A DNA stretch of 64,000 bases from Neophaeotheca triangularis (lineage: Eukaryota), in the NCBI GenBank assembly GCA_054600435.1, contig BAAIJX010000016.1, positions 248,001 to 312,000 on the forward strand, in the 5' to 3' direction. The notes beneath the pieces are model-generated. The model was not told the origin of the DNA, made no database searches, and was given only the letters and a program-made list of their open reading frames with translations. Position 1 is the first letter of the stretch. Each line of letters starts with the position of its first letter. Positions 33,548 through 44,968 of the stretch are shown here, piece by piece. A program made the position numbers and the translations under genes.

Positions 33548-34739
33548 AAACCAGTTCGCCAATAGCCACCATCAAAAATCAATTCAGCCACCCACCTCAA
33601 ACGCAGGGCAGCGTTCAACGTCAGAGCATAAAATGAGCGTGGCATCGACTACCAAGCTTGGCGACACGCTGGTATGACGAGAATCCACGGTACATATGAT
33701 TGCCTGGGTAGGAGGCTAGCAGCCCAGTAGTCTACCTAATAACGTAGGTAGGTGGCGTGGTTTGCAGTACCAACTCTGCTCACGTGGTGTTTGGTCGCAC
33801 GAGCAACCAACCCTTGCCTCGATAATGATAACCCAACCTCCTCTCGTTGCCTGGACGTTGACAGTAGTAAATAATGATATACGCAGGCTGAGGGATGAAG
33901 AGGGGTAAAACAGCGGTACCACTACCTCCACTACTGCTACAGTTGCAGTCCAGGTAGCGTAAGTTACTACTTGCTGTACTGCACGCACGAGAACAAGGTC
34001 CTACCTACTTTTAACTCCGCACGCGGCTTGGCCTTGGAACCGTTCCCTATTCACCCGCGCGGAACCTGCATTAGCCTAGTCACTTTGCGCGGATCGCGGT
34101 ACCTAGATACCTCACATTGCCCACCCAGGCCACTCTCCACCGGCATCAACGCTATAGCCTGGCATTGGGAGCCTTGGCCCTCGACAAATCAGAATACGAA
34201 CTCTCGCCTGCCAGCCTTTTCCTCATCGGGACCTGCCTCCTTCCCAAGAATACATCCCCAGGACAAACTATTGCTCCCGGTCCACTTTTTGACGGGGGGC
34301 ATGGATCTCCAGTTGCCCAGTCAGCATCCTTCTCGCTGCTTCACGACTCTTCCAAGCATCGTGATCAGGTTGTGCCGTTCGTCTGGGACTCTTGGACGAC
34401 CGACCGGTGCGCACTACTACACTACTGCCACCACGGCGACCACCGTTGCACATGCAGGCTGGGTCCCACGGCGTAAGTTGATGCCGTCGATCATCGTTGC
34501 TGCATGCCGTTTGTTTTCTCAACTTGTCCAGCGTCCCATCGTGAAACATATAATCCCCGCGCCCTCCTACCTCTCACCATCTTTCCTTCACCCAAGCCTC
34601 AACCTACCCTTGATTCAACGCCTATTGTCGAAGACTCTCTCGCTACGGTCTTCACAAGTCATTCGCTCTTACTCGACATTTTTATCCTGCACCACCAGCC
34701 AACCATAACTACCCCCTATCGTTAATTCAAACAATCAAA

Positions 34740-36950
34740 ATGGTCAGGAACTTGGCCCTGCTGGGGCTTGCTGGCGCTGCCTTTGCTGCCGCCCAACAAG
34801 GCTACGAGGATGAGCACAAGCCCGCACCGCCCGCCTACAACGATGGTGGTGACTGGAACCAGACCGCTCCTGAGCCCCCTCACTACGAGGAGCCTCCCAA
34901 GGATGACAAGCCAGTCGAGACCATGTCCGAGGCACCAGAGTACCCCGCCGAGACCAACTCTGAAGGCGTCCCAATGACCACTTCCACCGTCTACGCCACC
35001 GAGATCAACACAGTCACTAAGTGCCCGCCTGAGGTCGAGGACTGCCCTGGTCAGGAATCGACCGTCTACGAGACCAAGACCACCGCTCTCTACACCACTT
35101 ACTGCCCCGTCACCGAGGTCCACGAACCCGAGCCCACAATGTACACCAGCAAGTCGGAGCACGTTCCCGAGCCTTACCCTACTGAGGAGCCCAAGCACGA
35201 TGACAAGCCCGAGTACGATGACAAGCCTGAGCACGACGACAAGCCTGAGTACGGTGACAAGCCCGAGCACGACGACAAGCCTGAGTACGACGACAAGCCG
35301 CACCACGACAAGCCTGCCGAGCCCGTCACCGTGTGGAAGACCAAGGACGCCGAGACTGTCTACAAGACCAAGGAGCCAGAGACCGTCTACAAGACTGAGG
35401 AGAAGACCATCTACAAGACCAAGCAGCCTGAGACTCACGACGTCACCAAGACCATCCCTGTCTACGAGACCAAGACTCACGACACCACCGAGGTTGTCAA
35501 GGAGACTCACACCATCCCGGTCGACCACAACATCACCAAGACTGAGGTTGTCGATGTTACCAAGACTCACCCAGTGAAGGAGACCATCCCCGTCTACGAG
35601 ACCAAGACCCACGAGACTACAGAGGTCGTCAAGGAGACCAAGGTCATCCCCGTCGACAAGACTTCCACCAAGACTGAGGTTGTCGATGTCACCAAGACTC
35701 ACCCCGTCGAGGAGACCATCCCCGTCACCAAGACTGACGTCGTCAAGTCCTACGAGACCATCCCCGTCTACGAGACTAAGACCTACGACACAACCGAGGT
35801 TGTCAAGGAGACTCACACCATCCCCATCGACAAGACTTCCACCAAGACTGAGGTTGTCGATGTCACCAAGACTCACCCCGTCGAGGAGACCATCCCCGTT
35901 ACCAAGACCGACGTCGTCAAGTCCTACGAGACGATCCCCGTCTACAAGACTTACGACACCACCGAGGTTGTCAAGGCCACCGTCACCAAGCCTGTCTACG
36001 AGACTGAAGTTACGACTGAAGTTGTCAAGGAGACCAAGACCATCCCCGTCGATGAGACCAACACCAAGACTGAGGTTGTTGATGTTACCAAGACTCACGC
36101 TGTTCAGACCACCGAGGTCGTCAAGGAGACCAAGACTATCCCCGTTGACGAGACCTCTACCAAGACTGAAGTCGTCGATGTCACCAAGACCCACCCGGTT
36201 GAGAAGACCATCCCTGTGACCGATGTTACTACTGAGGTTGTCAAGGAGACCAAGGTCGTCCCTGTCGACGAGACCTCCACCAAGACTGATGTCGTTGAGG
36301 TTACCAAGACTCACCCCGTGACCATTCAAACCACCGAGGTCGAGGAGTCCACCAAGGTCCACCCCGTGACCGAGACCAAGTACGTCGAGGAGACCAAGAA
36401 GGTCATGGAGACCATCCCCGTCACTGAGGTCCACACCTCCGTCGTCGACAAGACCCAAGTCAACACCGTCCAGAAGACCGACGTTGTCGAGATCACCAAG
36501 ACCATCCCCGTCGACGAGACTTCCACCAAGACCGACGTCGTCAAGGTCACCACCACCTACCCCGTCGAGGAGACCGTCCCTGTCAAGGAGACGATCCCCG
36601 TCACCGAGGTCATCACCAAGGTCGTTGAGGAGACTAAGCCCGCCGAGCCCATGGTCCCCGTCACCGTGACCGAGCACGAACAGTGCCCTCCTGCCGTCAC
36701 CCACGAGCCCGTCACCGTCACCGTCACCAAGGAGGCCGAGTGCCCCGCCACGACCCCGGCTCAGCCCGTCCAACCCCCCACCACGACCCCGGTCCAACCG
36801 GTCCAACCCCCCGTCAACGCCACCCAAAGCCAGCCCCCGGTCGCTCCCTCCGGCACTCCCCCGGTCGAATTCGAGGGCGCCGCCTCCAGCCTAGCTAAGC
36901 CCGCTTTCGGCCTGCTGGCCATGATCTTCGGCGCCGTCGCTCTGTTGTAA
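34740..36950 (+). CDS. GPI-anchored repetitive cell-wall protein (736 aa)
   Basis: Signal peptide; TTSTVYATEINTVTKCPPEVEDCP wall-protein motif; DDKPE(Y/H) hexapeptides; Thr/Val/Lys/Glu repeats; C-terminal FEGAAS plus a hydrophobic GPI signal. Confidence 0.9.
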   Translation: MVRNLALLGLAGAAFAAAQQGYEDEHKPAPPAYNDGGDWNQTAPEPPHYEEPPKDDKPVETMSEAPEYPAETNSEGVPMTTSTVYATEINTVTKCPPEVEDCPGQESTVYETKTTALYTTYCPVTEVHEPEPTMYTSKSEHVPEPYPTEEPKHDDKPEYDDKPEHDDKPEYGDKPEHDDKPEYDDKPHHDKPAEPVTVWKTKDAETVYKTKEPETVYKTEEKTIYKTKQPETHDVTKTIPVYETKTHDTTEVVKETHTIPVDHNITKTEVVDVTKTHPVKETIPVYETKTHETTEVVKETKVIPVDKTSTKTEVVDVTKTHPVEETIPVTKTDVVKSYETIPVYETKTYDTTEVVKETHTIPIDKTSTKTEVVDVTKTHPVEETIPVTKTDVVKSYETIPVYKTYDTTEVVKATVTKPVYETEVTTEVVKETKTIPVDETNTKTEVVDVTKTHAVQTTEVVKETKTIPVDETSTKTEVVDVTKTHPVEKTIPVTDVTTEVVKETKVVPVDETSTKTDVVEVTKTHPVTIQTTEVEESTKVHPVTETKYVEETKKVMETIPVTEVHTSVVDKTQVNTVQKTDVVEITKTIPVDETSTKTDVVKVTTTYPVEETVPVKETIPVTEVITKVVEETKPAEPMVPVTVTEHEQCPPAVTHEPVTVTVTKEAECPATTPAQPVQPPTTTPVQPVQPPVNATQSQPPVAPSGTPPVEFEGAASSLAKPAFGLLAMIFGAVALL

Positions 36951-37312
36951 ACACCTCATCACAATCACAACTCAAAGAAGCCGACCCAAGGCAAAACTCC
37001 GGAGTCTGCGCATTTGCCGCACTTTCGACAAAAAACCTTTTGTACACACTCTTAGCTTTTTATTACCATTCTTTAGTTACACGCCGATACGCACGCGAAA
37101 CATGAGGGAAATCATTGGGACAAGGCCGCGGTTTTTACGGTCGCTGGTTTTATGGGTCGTTTTTTTTTTTAACTTAATATTTTTGGGAGGGAGGGGAGTT
37201 TTACTTTTCTACGCTTTGGATAGAAAGGCTGTTTAATGCATCTTTGGGGCTGGTATGTGCCTGAGATGGCTTGGGTGGGGGAGGTTTTGGTGGATGATGA
37301 GATGAGGGGGTT

Positions 37313-37348
37313 GGATAGGATAGTATAGGATAGGATAGGATAGGATAG
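37313..37348. repeat. (GGATA)n pentanucleotide repeat
   Basis: About 7 copies with one substitution. Confidence 0.85.
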
Positions 37349-37804
37349 TCTAGGCTAAATGTTAATTTGATGCATTTGTCGAGTAACGAATCCCTTTCGA
37401 CTTTTTCTGTTTTGTGGCGTTTGGGTTTTGGGGTTTGGGTCGTTTTAGTAGTCGTATACTCCCTGTCTACTTTGGTCATTCTATTCTACTCTTTACTATT
37501 GGCTGCGCTTTGAGATGGGTGCGTCATTGCTGAAGTGTTTCTTGCTACCTCCGTGTGTTATATTCTGTAGATGTCGGGCGGGTGTCTGTTGCTGCTGCAC
37601 GCTTCCGCGTTTCGAAGAGGCGTTGGCGATGAAGCGGCTTTTTGCATGCGAAGTTTGACATCACTTCATACGGGCTGGGCTGCTGCTGCGCTTCTCTACC
37701 ATCATGCCGACACATCGACAATAATACCTTTTTAGTTTCAATCACCAAAGCGGCGACAAGAGTTTCACCTTCGCAAGCGCATGTGGTGAACGATAAGATC
37801 CACG

Positions 37805-39425
37805 ATGCATGAAATCATCACCCTCCAGTTTGGCCAGCAGGCCAATTACGTCGGCACGCACTATTGGAATACTCAGGTAGGTGGGTGTGCTAACTAAAGC
37901 ACTAAGTACTGCAAGCGATAGATACTGACTGGCTTTCCAGGAATCCTACTTCACCTACTCTGGCGAGGATGAATCGCCCGTCAACCACGACATTTCTTTC
38001 CGGCCTGGCATCGGCGCCGACGGCTCGGACACTTACACCCCACGGACACTAATCTACGACCTCAAAGGCGCCTTTGGCACGCTCCGCCGCGAGAATGCGC
38101 TTTATGAGCTCCAAAATGAAGAGGAGACGAATCGCCAGGGTCCTTGGAGTTCGGGCGCCACTCCTTTGCGGCTCCCGCCTATTGCTCCCAGTCCGTATCA
38201 ACAGGCTTTGGATCAGGGTCTCGCCCCGCCTCAGCTCACGACTGAGACCGTGCGCTTCTGGTCAGACTTCAATCACATCTTCTATCATCCGAGAAGTATT
38301 GTGCATTTGCACGATTATGAGCTCAACAGCTCGCTCATGCCTTTTGAGAAGTGGCAGACGGGGGAGGAGCTTTTTGACGAGTTGGACCGCGAGCACGACT
38401 TGCTGGATCGAGACCTTAGGCCGTTTTTGGAAGAATGCGATCAGGTTCAAGCGATTCAAGTGCTGAGCGGTGTCGATGACGCCTGGGGAGGTTTCGCTTC
38501 CAAGTACCTCGAGCGCATCGCAGACGATTTGGGCAAAGGTTGCCGCTGGCTGTGGGGTTTGGAAGACGACAAAACCGGGCCACGTGAGCGTCGCGCGCTG
38601 CAAGCCGCCAATACTGCGCAATCCATCTACACGACCCGCGAGACCGTGAGCATGTACGTCCCACTCACAAACTCGCCGGCCCCGCTGCCAAGCTACACCT
38701 CCCTAGACACGAGCAGCAGATGGCACACCTCGGCCTTGCAAGCCATGCTCATGGAAACGGCAACCCTTCCCTCGCGCTTACGCACCAGAGAACCCGCACA
38801 CACCAGCCTCGACCACACGGAACTCGCCCTCAGCACGACGGGAAACCGGCGCATCGCGGCCGCCTCGCTTTCAGCCGAGCCCCCGACTCCACAAAACCGC
38901 TCTGCCTCCCCTCCCCTCCCCAACGGGCACGCAACCGACACCCGCATCAGCCAAACCCTGCAATCCACCACTTTAGCCAACCACACCACCGCAACCCAAA
39001 ACCTCGACATCTCCCTCCTCCCCCCGGCCCCAACCGCCCACCACCGCCCTCGGCACATCTTCACCACAACCCACATCCACCGCACCCACCACCCCAACCC
39101 AACCTCCCAAACCCCAATCCCAACCCTAACCCAAAACCCCCCTCTCCTCTTCCCCCTCCTCCCCTCCTGCCCCCGCCTCTTCACCTTCCCAACCTCCAAC
39201 CCCACAAGTCCCGCGAACTTGGCTGTCAAAGCGGATCTAAGCACTACCACCGAGGTCCGAGACTTTCTGGCGCATTTACGGAGCTTGGCGGGCCGGGCTC
39301 TCGGGGTGGGCGTTGAGGAGCGCGAGGCGCTTGCGGAGGGGTTGGCGGGGTTGGAGGGCGAGTATGTTGAGGGCTGGAGTGACGGGGGAAGTGAGAGTGG
39401 GAGTGGGGGGGAGGACGAGGATTAG
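37805..39425 (+). CDS. DML1: Misato/DML1 tubulin-like mitochondrial inheritance protein
   Basis: Exon 1 [24 protein letters not shown]; intron 37877-37940; exon 2 ESYFTY...[50 protein letters not shown]. Confidence 0.95.
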
Positions 39426-40269
39426 CTTCGTGGAGGGTGTTGGGGGAAGGGTAAAGGGGGAAGTGAGGATTGAGGGGGGTTTGATTCCAGGGGGTTTGGT
39501 TTTGGGGTCGGTGGCTGGACTTGTCACATGCCGGGCCGCACGACGAGAGCGTGCGGCGCAGTGGCGATGGATATACATACGGCTTGGGCGTAGACGACGA
39601 CATGGTCTGTGGGCGGGAGGGAGCTGATGCGGGAGAAGGGGTTTCTAACTATGGGTTTTGGTGCTTATCTATTGCGTGGAGCGAACGAGTGCCTGTCGTT
39701 GTCATCAAGGGCTATTCAAAGATGTGTCTCTCGCTTAACTCTTGCTTGCTTGCCAAAGGCGTAAATGGCGATTTATGCGTTGCCGCGCTTGCAAAAATCG
39801 TCAACGACCACTCTGCCCCGGTCAATCGCCAATAGCTCTGCATACAATCCCTCACGAACCATCGCGGCCACTCTCACACCCGCGAGAGACCGCGAATCAC
39901 CTCTTTCCTGCCAACTCTACATGACGTACCGAGATATAACCCCCCACCTCCCACAATCTTCGCTCAAACGCTTTTGCTTTTCCATACCCCTCCGCGAACC
40001 CGCAAGCGACTGAAGCTCCCAGGACTTTCCTTCCCTCTCTGCTCTTGCGGAAAGTTCCCCTCGCTCACTCGCCGAGCTAGTCAAAGGCAACCCCCGCCTC
40101 GCCGGAAACCAGATGAAGGCGCTACTTTCCGCCGAGCGGGTAGCAAAGAGCCACCGTAGAACGGCTCTAGACAGCCAAACTCAAGGGAGCGGGGACATAG
40201 TCCCCGACGAAATAAAAGCAGCGGACTCAAGAACCGCCGGTCAGTTGAGAGAAGATGGCAAAACCTCAC

Positions 40270-41805
40270 TCACGCGGCGCCCTCGCGAATGAGTTCCAAC
40301 ATAGCCTCGCCCTTGACAGCCCCGGCCTCGAGCGTCAGATTCCGATAGCCGTTCCGAGTAATCACGACGTCGTCTTCGATCCTCACGCCTCCGACGCCGA
40401 AGTACTTTTCCAGCACTTGCAGGTCCACGGCACTTTCGACACTACCGCCAACCCCACCCTCGGCCGCGAACTTCCTCTCGAAATCCTCGCGGTTGAAGTA
40501 CAGCCCGGGCTCAACCGTAACCACCATTCCGACCTCCAAAACCCCGCTCTCAGGACAACAAGGCGCGGCAAAAGCACCGCCACCATCGGCCTCCCAAAAA
40601 GCCCTCGCGCCCCGTCTCGGCGCCGAACCCAAAACTGCAGTATTCACATCATGCGTCTCCAAACCAATATGATGACCCAGCCCATGCATGAAAAAAACCC
40701 GACTCCAGCCCGCTTGGAGCAGGGCTTCCTTCTCCCCCTTCAAAATCCCCATGGCTATCAACTCCTCGATGGCGATTTCGTGCGCGAGGGTGAAGAGCTC
40801 CCAGAACCGGACGCCGGGTTTGAGGCCCGCGAGACACGCGTCTTGCATGCGTGATACGGCGGCGTGGAGGCGTGCGCTCTCCGCGCTGGCCCAGGTTCCC
40901 GGCTTGTGCCGGTTGAGCGGCACAGTGCGTGTGACGTCGCTTGCGTAGTTTTGCCATTCGACTCCCGCGTCTAGGACGACGAGTTCGCTGGTGCCGAAGT
41001 CGGAGCCGTTGGCTGTGTAGTGCAGTACGCTGGCGTTGGCGCTGCTGCCGACTATGGGGGCGTAGGCTTGGGTGCGGGCGTGGTTGGCGATGCAGGTGCT
41101 GGTGTAGAGGGCTTCGAGGGCGGGTTCGGAATGCAGGGTGTGTAGGTTTTTGAGGACGCTGCGGTGGGCTAGAGCTGTGATGTGGTTGGCGTGGGCGATG
41201 AGGTGGATTTCGTGGGCGTCTTTGTAGGTGCGGGTGGTGTTTATCGCGGTTTTAAGAGGGGTGGTGGCGGTCGTGGGGGAGAGGGAGGGGGTGTTGAGGA
41301 GAGTTGTTGAGGGGTTGGTTGGGAAGGGGAGATCAGAGGGGTTGGAGGAGGGGGAGGCGGCGGTCGAGGCGGAGTAGTATTTAGCTTGGTCAATGTCGTA
41401 TTTGTTCATTGCTTCTTTGATTGTGCTGCCTCTCCCTGTCCAGATTAGCCGGTCCCAGTTTATTTCCGGTAGCCAAAGGGTCAGAGTGTCGGTGGGAATG
41501 TCGTAGGTACAGTAGCAGTCCGGCTCGGGGCAACCGGTTAAGTAGTAGAAGTAGCGGTCTTGCCGGAAAGGAGGCGGCATGTCGGAGTCTGGGTAGGTTG
41601 TTGATGGAGTGGATTGAAGGACTAGAAGAGTGGCGGTGGTCTTGGAATTTTTGGAAAGTTCTGCTGCCACACGACGGGCGTGAGCTTTGGCTGGGTATTT
41701 GTCGAGGACTGTCGAGGATTCAATGTTTAGAGTGAGTTGATGGTGTGGTTGGATATCCCGGTCATAATTGCCCCTTTGGTAGGAGCGTGGGTTGAGGTTG
41801 TCCAT
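40270..41805 (-). CDS. Xaa-Pro aminopeptidase/prolidase (M24B)
   Basis: KYPAKAHARRVA, FRQDRYFYYLTG, LDAGVEWQNYASDVTRT, HGLGHHIGLETHDV, VTVEPGLYF, GGVRIEDD. ATG at 41805. Confidence 0.92.
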   Translation of the reverse strand: MDNLNPRSYQRGNYDRDIQPHHQLTLNIESSTVLDKYPAKAHARRVAAELSKNSKTTATLLVLQSTPSTTYPDSDMPPPFRQDRYFYYLTGCPEPDCYCTYDIPTDTLTLWLPEINWDRLIWTGRGSTIKEAMNKYDIDQAKYYSASTAASPSSNPSDLPFPTNPSTTLLNTPSLSPTTATTPLKTAINTTRTYKDAHEIHLIAHANHITALAHRSVLKNLHTLHSEPALEALYTSTCIANHARTQAYAPIVGSSANASVLHYTANGSDFGTSELVVLDAGVEWQNYASDVTRTVPLNRHKPGTWASAESARLHAAVSRMQDACLAGLKPGVRFWELFTLAHEIAIEELIAMGILKGEKEALLQAGWSRVFFMHGLGHHIGLETHDVNTAVLGSAPRRGARAFWEADGGGAFAAPCCPESGVLEVGMVVTVEPGLYFNREDFERKFAAEGGVGGSVESAVDLQVLEKYFGVGGVRIEDDVVITRNGYRNLTLEAGAVKGEAMLELIREGAA

Positions 41806-41979
41806 TGCAGAGGTTGGGCGCTCACAGGCGAGCTTCCTGAATGAGACGAAGAGTACTGTTTTGTGTTTTTCGAATCGCTGTCTTTTTGCTGCTCTCCTGA
41901 TCACATCCCTTGGTAGTAAGTACTATGTATTCGTGTGGACGTCCACGGGTGTCCCTGGGCGTGCCTGAGGTCAAGTAAG

Positions 41980-42040
41980 CTTATCTTATCGATATCGATA
42001 TCGGCATCGGGCGTCGGGAATATATCGGCGATAAAGATAG
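41980..42040. promoter_or_regulatory. GATA-site cluster upstream of the prolidase
   Basis: CTTATCTTATCGATATCGATATC...GATAAAGATAG, 175-235 nt upstream of the ATG. Confidence 0.4.
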
Positions 42041-42719
42041 AGAAGCGTGCCGAGCAAGCCGAGGTCGCTTTCCAAGACTCTGACAAGCACCGCAACACAA
42101 CAATCTTGGAGCACCTACTACCTCCAGTAAGTTACTTGTAGCGGTCCCGGCAACAGCAATGCTCCCGCCGTCAAAATGGCAGTGTGCCATTCGAATGTCG
42201 ATTCCAGTGTCTCCATCCGAACAATTGATCTTTACCCGAACTTCACCGCCAACAATACCCCCCCCCTTGGTAAGATTGGAGAGAATAATGAAAGTGCTGC
42301 TGTCATAGTGCAGAAGCGAGGCGCCAGCAAACAACCGTGCCATTCATCTTATATCTATTAGCATCTCCCCTACCGCTGCGACTGCCTTGGTTTCAGCAAT
42401 CTATCACGCACATCTGCTGGGCGAACTTGCCTGCCCTCCCTCGATCGCATACCCAGCCCCCGACATCATCTGGCCATCGTCGTAACTCTGCAGGTGGACT
42501 ATCTACCTCTTGATCACTAAGTACCTCTCTTCATCCGTCTTCCTTCACCACCTCTCAACCCTCTCTCTACACTCCTCTCTCATCGGTTTGCTACGTCCCC
42601 GCATGTCGATATCCTTTGGACTCCCTTAGTTCGTGTTACATCGTATCGCCTACCTTATCCCTCTCGGCGCATTCATCCTCGGTAAATCTCGACATCCGAT
42701 CCCTCCAATCGCATACCTC

Positions 42720-43875
42720 ATGAAACGCATATCTACCTACCTCATCGCGACGGTGCTGGCCACTGTCGCAAATGGCGAACACCACATGAAGCGCAAAGCC
42801 GAACGTCGACAGAGCAGCAGTGGAGGAGGTGGGACGTCGCCGCTTTTGGTCAGCAATTGGTGTGAGGAGACAATACATCCGGGAGTGGTCACACAATCGG
42901 GCGATGGACCGGATGAGACAGGGTGAGTGGGAATTGAATATCTCGATAATAAATCACAAACTGAGGAGCCCCTGCAGCTTCGAACTCGCCCCAGGCGCCA
43001 ACAAAACTCTCACCGTCTCCGACGACTGGCAAGGCCGCCTCTGGGGGCGGACAAATTGCACCTTCGACAGTAGCGGCAGAAACTCTGGCGGGAACCCGCG
43101 CGCCTGTAGCAGCGGCGATTGTGGCGGCAACATCCAATGCAGAGGCACAGGCGAAGTTCCCGTAACCCTGGCGGAATTCACCCTCCACGGCAGTGACCGG
43201 CAAGCCTTCTACGACATATCGCTCGTCGACGGCTACAACCTCCCCATGGCCATAGTCGTGCTAACTAACGGCTACGGCGACCTCGAAGACCTCGAACCCA
43301 ACGAAACCAACCCCTCATGCGTCGCCTCCATCGGCGACTTCCACACCAACGACCCCTACGCCAACTCGGCAACCTTCCTAGGCACAACCTCCCAACAACC
43401 CTTCCCCTTTGCCAACGACGTCTCCAGCTCCGACGTCAGCTCCTGGTGCCCCTGGGACCTCCAAGTAAACCCGCCAGAAAAACCAGGCGATGGCGTCTAC
43501 CCCTACCCAGACACAGGCATCGAGCGCCCGCCCTTCAACCCCTGCCTCAGCGCGTGCGCCCGCTACAACAAACCGCAATACTGCTGCCAGGGCGACTACG
43601 ACGACCCGAGCGTCTGCGGCGCCAACTACTACTCCCGCGCCGCCAAGAACGTCTGTCCCGACGCTTATTCTTTCGCTTACGACGACCAGGACTCGACGTT
43701 TATCATCCCTCATGGCGCGGGGTTTCAGGTTGTCTTTTGTCCCAGTGGCAGGAGTACGGATATTATTGCTACGGGGAAGGCGAGTATGGCGGGTGGGAGT
43801 GGGAGTGGGAGTGGGCCGCAGACGAGTGGGAATGGTCGTAAGAGGAGTTTAAGGGAGAGGTGGTTGGGGTGGTGA
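42720..43875 (+). CDS. Secreted thaumatin/PR-5-like protein
   Basis: Signal peptide MKRISTYLIATVLATVANG; intron 42923-42977; WQGRLWGRTNC, TLAEFTL, FYDISLVDGYNLPM, CPDAYSFAYDDQDSTF. Confidence 0.93.
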
Positions 43876-44627
43876 GCTCGACGGGGTGGTGACGGGCAAT
43901 GGCGAGGTTGGAGGTGCGATTTTGATTGGAGTTTTGAGGGCGGTTGGGTTTGCGGTTTTTGTTTGATACCCCCCTCCCCGCCCGGATACCCTACATACAT
44001 ACAGTCTGGACCTTTGTTGTTGTGCGATGGGTTTGGTATTCTTTGTTTAGACATCGCGTTTTGCCGATGCTGGGCGCTTTTCTCGGTATGAGTAGGTACT
44101 AAGCAAGACTTTTGACCCGCATGTGTGGAAATCGTTCATGTGGTCAGTCCAACATCACGGCACAGGTTCTTCCTTGGTACGTACATAGGTAGGTAATGTA
44201 TCGTATAGAAAGCCTGTACTGTATAACGACTAGCTACCTACTTACCTATAAGCGGCAGCCAGCCCAGCCCAGCCTGCGGGACTGGATGATTCCGTTCGGA
44301 GACTTTTTCGGCATGTTGGTTTGGAGCTTGATGGAACGAACAACCTCTTGCCATGCCTCCAATCTTCCTTTCTTTCCTTCTCGCTCGCTTTTGCTCTCGC
44401 GATAATGCTTTCCAATCTTGCCATACCTGACTTTACTCAACCTTATCTTACTTACCTTACCTTGCCGGAGCGTACACTCTGCCGTTGTTGGGTTCTGGCA
44501 CTCATCGCGAGACGGGGTGATTCTCTCCACCGTTTTCCCCCATTCTCCGTGGTCGTGGTGGCTTGCGGGCTGGGGCTTTGTTTGTTTTGGGCGCTGGCTG
44601 GATAAGGTGCTTTGGCAAGTGGATGAG

Positions 44628-44740
44628 GTAGGTAGGTTGGTGGGTGAGGTTTGGAGGTATGTATGTAAGGTAGGTACGGTAAGGTAGGTGCGGTAGGTAC
44701 GGTGAGGTGAGGTAGGTACAGGTAGGTAAGTAAGGTAAGC
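44628..44740. repeat. Degenerate GGTA/GGTGA/GGTAA minisatellite
   Basis: Run of GTAG/GTAAG/GTGAG/GTACG/GTATG units upstream of the MFS gene. Confidence 0.7.
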
Positions 44741-44968
44741 GACACATGTGGCCGGTTCGTTTTACCTACAGTAGGTAGTGTGAGTGAGTGAGTACCTTGA
44801 GTAAGCCCAAGGCTCCTTCTCTTTCTGTGGTCGCTCAAAACTCCCCCCTCCCCTTCGTAACGTTACTCTTCCGACTTTGACACATCACACGTACCTTACC
44901 TTGGGACAAACATCAGAGCTCCCTTCGCTTTCGAACGAAGCAAGGTCAAAACCGCTACCACCGCAACC

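Noticed and set aside
35400..36600. CRISPR-like spaced repeats
   Set aside because: In-frame coding repeats in a eukaryotic gene; the spacers are similar to one another.
34722..36827. 701-aa antisense ORF opposite the wall-protein gene
   Set aside because: Mirror of strong codon bias and repeats in the sense gene (few TTA/CTA/TCA codons); low-complexity G/L/D product.
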